Notes under the pieces: model-generated
What the model saw: only the letters and a program-made list of their open reading frames with translations
Told to the model about the DNA's origin: nothing
Database searches by the model: none
Shown: positions 59,898-64,000 of the stretch, one piece after another
Position numbering within the stretch: the first letter of the stretch is position 1
Layout: every line of letters begins with the position of its first letter
Assembly: GCA_027345565.1 (NCBI GenBank)
Contig: DAHWIF010000005.1
Span: 1-64,000, forward strand
Reading direction: 5' to 3'
DNA: 64,000 nucleotides
DNA from: Candidatus Micrarchaeota archaeon
GTDB lineage: Archaea; Micrarchaeota; Micrarchaeia; Micrarchaeales; Micrarchaeaceae
Translations under genes and position numbers: made by a program

Positions 59898-60088
59898 ACA
59901 TTCACCTATATGAATCTCAAAGAGAAGCTTTTTAAATGTAACTGTTTGGGGTGCGATGCGACGTAGTTCTTGCTGCCTTCCGCCAAAGCGCTGCACAGCC
60001 TAAAGTTATTTATTAGTTGCGTTCCATTATATTGAATTGCCTTGCACACTGTAGTAGAGGACGCACTTCTTATCGTTTAGGTGAGCCC

Positions 60089-60319
60089 CTGGTAAAGTCC
60101 CCCCTGAGACTGGTAGCCAAGCACGAGATTGTTAGCGATAGCGAGGCTAGGAAGGTCTCAAAGAGGTTCAAGATAACGCTAGACAAGTTCCCTAAGATAC
60201 TGAGTACAGACCCGCAGGCTGTCAAGATAGGCGCGAAGCCCGGCCAGCTTGTGGCCATACACAGGAGCGACCCGACTGGCGACTACCTGTATTACAGATA
60301 CGTCGTAGAGAGGATATGA
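60089..60319 (+). CDS. rpoH: RNA polymerase subunit Rpo5 (H)
   Basis: LVAKHEI, FPKIL.TDP...IGAKPG, YYRYV; start uncertain (CTG after AGGTGA). Confidence 0.92.
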   Translation: MVKSPLRLVAKHEIVSDSEARKVSKRFKITLDKFPKILSTDPQAVKIGAKPGQLVAIHRSDPTGDYLYYRYVVERI

Positions 60320-61797
60320 GCATGCCGGACAACCACGACCTGCTTGAATCATACCTTAGCAACACCTCGATAGTGCAGCAGCAGATAGACAGCTACAACC
60401 GTTTCGTTAATGTAGGACTGCAGAAGATAGTGGAGAGCCAGTCCAACATAGAGCCAGAGGTATCGGACTTCGCAATAAAGCTGAACAGCGTGCGCCTCGG
60501 TTCGCCCGTCGTGATAGAGTCGGACAGCTCGTCAAAGAGGATACTGCCAAATGAGGCGCTTGCCAGAAACCTCACGTACAGCGCCCCGATATACCTGACA
60601 TACACCCCGGTAATAAGCGGGATAGAGAAGAAGATAAACACGTCGGAGGTGTTCATAGGCGAGCTTCCAGTAATGGTGAAGAGCGACATATGCTACACAA
60701 AGGGCATGTCGAAGGAGCAGTTGCTCGCCGAGGGGGAGGATCCTGACGATCCAGGAGGCTATTTCATAATAAAAGGGAGCGAGCGCGTCCTAGTGGGCAT
60801 AGAGGACCTTGCGCCAAACAGGATAATCTGCACCAAGGAGAAGAAGGGCGTGGTGAGCAAGGTCTTCTCAACCACCCTGAATTTCAGGGCGAGGTGCAGC
60901 ATAACGAGGGACGATTATGGGATATACAAGGTGCTCTTCCCGACCGTCTCGAAGGGCATAGACCTGATACTCGTGCTGAAGGCGCTTGGCATGCAGCCAA
61001 GCGAGATGCTCAAGGAAGTAGACGACGTCAAGGAGATAGCGAACGACATGCTGCTGAATACAGACCTCAGCAAGGCCAAGGAGATAAGCCAGGATGATTG
61101 CGTGATGGAGCTGGGCAGGATGTCCGCGCCCAACCAGGCGAGGCCTTACCAGCAGAAGAGGGCCGAGATGCAGCTCGATACATATATACTGCCGCATATA
61201 GGGTCGAAGCCGAAGCACAGGAAGGAGAAGGCCGAATACCTCGTCAGGATGGCCAAGCGCGCATCGATGGTCGCGTACGGCTACGCCAGGTCAGACGACA
61301 AGGACCACTACGCGAACAAGAGGATAAAGCTCGCTGGCGACCTGATGGAGGAGCTGCTCAGCAACGCCTTCAAGTTCTTCGTTAAGGACATAAAGTACCA
61401 TGTCGAGAAGACGACAGCCAGGGGCAGGAAGCTCAACGTCAGGACGAACATCAACCCCGACGCACTCACAGACAAGATACTCTACGCGATGGGCACGGGC
61501 TCATGGCCCGCCGGCCAGACCGGAGTGTCGCAGGTGCTGGACAGGACGAACTATCTGAGCGCGCTAGCGCACCTCAGGCGAGTGAAATCGCCGCTCACCA
61601 AGAAGCACCCGCACTTCAAGGCCAGGGACGTGCACGGCACCTATCTCGGGAAGATATGCCCGAGCGAGACGCCGGAGGGAACGGAAGTTGGCCTCACGAA
61701 AAACCTGGCTATAATGTCGAAGGTGACCGTAGGGGCCGACCAGGCAATGCTTGAAGAGAAGATAAAGGAGCTGAAGCTCCTGGAGAAGGAACAATAG
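60316..61797 (+). CDS. rpoB2: RNA polymerase subunit Rpo2N (B'')
   Basis: QIDSYN.F, DPGGYFII.GSE, DKDHYANKR and CPSETPEG motifs. Confidence 0.96.
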   Translation: MSMPDNHDLLESYLSNTSIVQQQIDSYNRFVNVGLQKIVESQSNIEPEVSDFAIKLNSVRLGSPVVIESDSSSKRILPNEALARNLTYSAPIYLTYTPVISGIEKKINTSEVFIGELPVMVKSDICYTKGMSKEQLLAEGEDPDDPGGYFIIKGSERVLVGIEDLAPNRIICTKEKKGVVSKVFSTTLNFRARCSITRDDYGIYKVLFPTVSKGIDLILVLKALGMQPSEMLKEVDDVKEIANDMLLNTDLSKAKEISQDDCVMELGRMSAPNQARPYQQKRAEMQLDTYILPHIGSKPKHRKEKAEYLVRMAKRASMVAYGYARSDDKDHYANKRIKLAGDLMEELLSNAFKFFVKDIKYHVEKTTARGRKLNVRTNINPDALTDKILYAMGTGSWPAGQTGVSQVLDRTNYLSALAHLRRVKSPLTKKHPHFKARDVHGTYLGKICPSETPEGTEVGLTKNLAIMSKVTVGADQAMLEEKIKELKLLEKEQ

Positions 61798-61802
61798 ATG
61801 AT

Positions 61803-63638
61803 TTGATGGCGAAGAGCGCAGGAACGGAATGCTATGTCTATCTCGACGGCAGGATAATAGGCTCCGTAAAGGACGGTTCAGCGTTCGCCAAGGAGATACG
61901 CAAGAACAGGCGGGCGGGCCTGATATCTGGGGAAGTGAACGTCGCATACATAAGGAAGCTCAACGAGGTGCACATAAACGCGGACAGGGGGCGTGCAAGA
62001 AAGCCATATATAATAGTGGAGCACGGCAAGAGCAAGTTCACTGACGAACTGAAGCAGAAGCTCGCCAGCAAGGAGATAGACTTCAACTACATGATAAGAA
62101 GGGGCGTGATCGAGTATCTCGACGCGGAAGAGGAGGAGAATGTGCTCGCCGCGCTTGATGAGAGCGAGATAACGCCCAAGACGACTCATCTGGAGATAGA
62201 CCCGGCCTCGATATTCGGGTTGACAGTGAATTCGAGCGTGTTCATGGAGTTCAACAGCGTAGGGCGGCATTCTATAGCGCTCAACTTCAGCAAGCAGAGC
62301 CAGGGGCTTTATGCGATAAACTTCAACAACAGGTACGACCCGAGGGCGTTCCTGCTCTACTACCCGCAAATCCCGATAGTGAACAGCATCACGTACAGGA
62401 CGCTGGGCCTCAGCAAGCACCCGAGCGGCCAGAACTTTGTCGTGGCGCTCTCCACGTATTACGGCTACAACATGAAGGATGCTGTGGTCCTTAACAAATC
62501 GGCTGTCGACAGGGGGCTTGGCAGGAGCATATTCTACAGGACATACGGCGACGAGGAGAGGCGCTACCCCGGAGGCCAGCAGGACCACCTCAAGATACCT
62601 CCGGCAACGACCGACGGGTATCTCGGCGAGCACGCGTATGCTAAGCTTAGCGACGACGGCATAGTCGAGGTAGGCACGCAGGTCGACGAGGGAGATGTGC
62701 TGATAGGCAAGGTCTCGCCGCCCAGGTTCCTTGAGGAGCAGACGAGCTTCGGGGTCGGCGAGGAGAAGAGCCGCGACAACTCCGTATCGCTGAGGGCGGG
62801 CGAGGAGGGCGTGGTCGACGACGTGATGCTAAGCGAGACCACAGGCGCGACGAAGATAGTGAAGGTACGCATACGCAGCGTCAAGATCCCGGAAGTGGGC
62901 GACAAGTTCGCATCGCGGCAGGCGCAGAAAGGGGTCGTAGCCCTCATACTCAACCAGGAGGACATGCCTTTCAGCAAGGACGGCATAGTGCCCGACCTCC
63001 TGCTGAATCCGCACAGCCTGCCGGGCAGGATGACGATGGGGCACATGCTGGAGATGCTCGGAGCAAAAGCGGGGTCTCTTCAGGGTACGTATATCGACGG
63101 CACACCCTTCTCCAAGAAGGGAATAGAGAGGATAGAGGAGTACGGCCAGGTGCTCGAAAGGTACGGCTTCGACAGGTTCGGGGACGAGGAGCTCTACGAT
63201 GGCAGGAGCGGGAGGAAATTCAACGCGAAGGTGTTCACCGGAGTCGTATACTACAACAAGCTGCTCCATATGGTGAGCCTTAAGCTTCAGGTGAGGAGCA
63301 GGGGCCCTGTTCAGATACTCACCCACCAGCCAACTGAGGGAAAACCAAGGCGCGGGGGCCTCAAGTTCGGTGAGATGGAGCGTGACGCCCTCGTCGGCCA
63401 CGGCGCCAGCCTTTCGCTGAAGGAGCGCATGCTTGATCAGAGCGACAAGGCGGAGATATGGATCTGCAAGAACGACGGCGATGTGGGCTACTACGACTAC
63501 ATAAAGAATGTCCCTGTCTGCCAGCTCTGCAGGGGGAACAACCTAGAACGGGTTGAGATAAGCTATGCGTTCAAGCTCCTGCTTGACGAGATAAAATCGA
63601 TGCACATACTGCCGAGGATGCTGCTAAAGAGTGAATGA
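61803..63638 (+). CDS. rpoB1: RNA polymerase subunit Rpo2C (B')
   Basis: GDKFASR..QKG, NPHSLPGRMT, GGLKFGEMERD and C-terminal Zn ribbon. Confidence 0.96.
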   Translation: MMAKSAGTECYVYLDGRIIGSVKDGSAFAKEIRKNRRAGLISGEVNVAYIRKLNEVHINADRGRARKPYIIVEHGKSKFTDELKQKLASKEIDFNYMIRRGVIEYLDAEEEENVLAALDESEITPKTTHLEIDPASIFGLTVNSSVFMEFNSVGRHSIALNFSKQSQGLYAINFNNRYDPRAFLLYYPQIPIVNSITYRTLGLSKHPSGQNFVVALSTYYGYNMKDAVVLNKSAVDRGLGRSIFYRTYGDEERRYPGGQQDHLKIPPATTDGYLGEHAYAKLSDDGIVEVGTQVDEGDVLIGKVSPPRFLEEQTSFGVGEEKSRDNSVSLRAGEEGVVDDVMLSETTGATKIVKVRIRSVKIPEVGDKFASRQAQKGVVALILNQEDMPFSKDGIVPDLLLNPHSLPGRMTMGHMLEMLGAKAGSLQGTYIDGTPFSKKGIERIEEYGQVLERYGFDRFGDEELYDGRSGRKFNAKVFTGVVYYNKLLHMVSLKLQVRSRGPVQILTHQPTEGKPRRGGLKFGEMERDALVGHGASLSLKERMLDQSDKAEIWICKNDGDVGYYDYIKNVPVCQLCRGNNLERVEISYAFKLLLDEIKSMHILPRMLLKSE

Positions 63639-63639
63639 G

Positions 63640-64000
63640 ATGCAAGCGGAAAGCATAGATGGAGTGAAGTTCACAACGCTCTCGCCAGAGCTGATAAAGC
63701 ACATGAGCGTGGCAAAGCTCATAGTCTCCGACACGTACAACGAGGACGGCTACCCGATCGACGGCGGTGTGGTGGACCAGCGCCTCGGGGTGATAGACCC
63801 GGGATTGAAATGCAAGACCTGCGGCGGCAGGGCGAAGTCGTGCCCAGGCCACTTCGGCCACATAGAGCTCGTAAGGCCGGTGATACACCCAGAGTTCGCT
63901 AAGACGATATACCTCCTGCTGCAGAGCACCTGCGAGAAGTGCCACAGGATACTGATGTCGGAGAGCCAGATAGCCGAGATAAGGCCGGCGATAGAGGAAT
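63640..64000 (+). CDS. rpoA1: RNA polymerase subunit Rpo1N (A'), 5' part (runs off window)
   Basis: MQAESIDGVKF..LSPE..D.RLGVIDPGLKCKTCGG...CPGHFGHIEL. Confidence 0.95.
   Translation, partial: MQAESIDGVKFTTLSPELIKHMSVAKLIVSDTYNEDGYPIDGGVVDQRLGVIDPGLKCKTCGGRAKSCPGHFGHIELVRPVIHPEFAKTIYLLLQSTCEKCHRILMSESQIAEIRPAIEE

Noticed and set aside
60316-63638. Split rpoB as a novelty
   Set aside because: The B''/B' split is well known in many archaeal lineages
1-64000. CRISPR array
   Set aside because: No regularly spaced repeat-spacer series and no cas genes. TnpB lies within IS ends.

Overview
Archaeal chromosomal segment, most consistent with a DPANN archaeon of the Micrarchaeota type. That is an inference from the split rpoB''/B', archaeal histone, BHB tRNA introns, ATA-rich coding, class III signal-peptide LamG/DUF2341 surface proteins and very compact gene packing. 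Housekeeping genes include tyrS, rsmA, Hel308, a histone, cdc48, EF-1alpha/rps10, aIF5B, alkA, an M1 aminopeptidase, speB and rpo5-rpo2N-rpo2C-rpo1N (partial). RNA genes are four tRNAs (three with introns) and a compact RNase P RNA. Accessory content: a type IV pilus/adhesin locus interrupted by a TnpB-only IS200/IS605 element, a 2.27-kaa surface protein, a degenerate K+-channel/RCK trio and two AbiE-type TA pairs. The most notable observations are a tRNA(CAT) intron that appears to encode its own D'/C' kink-turn guide aimed at C34, a tandem ribosomal P1 N-domain protein with no factor-binding tail, an unannotated 40-aa acidic microprotein next to cdc48, filter-less heteromeric channel subunits, and cassette-like variation in pilin adhesin domains. 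All calls come from motif reading; no database searches were run.
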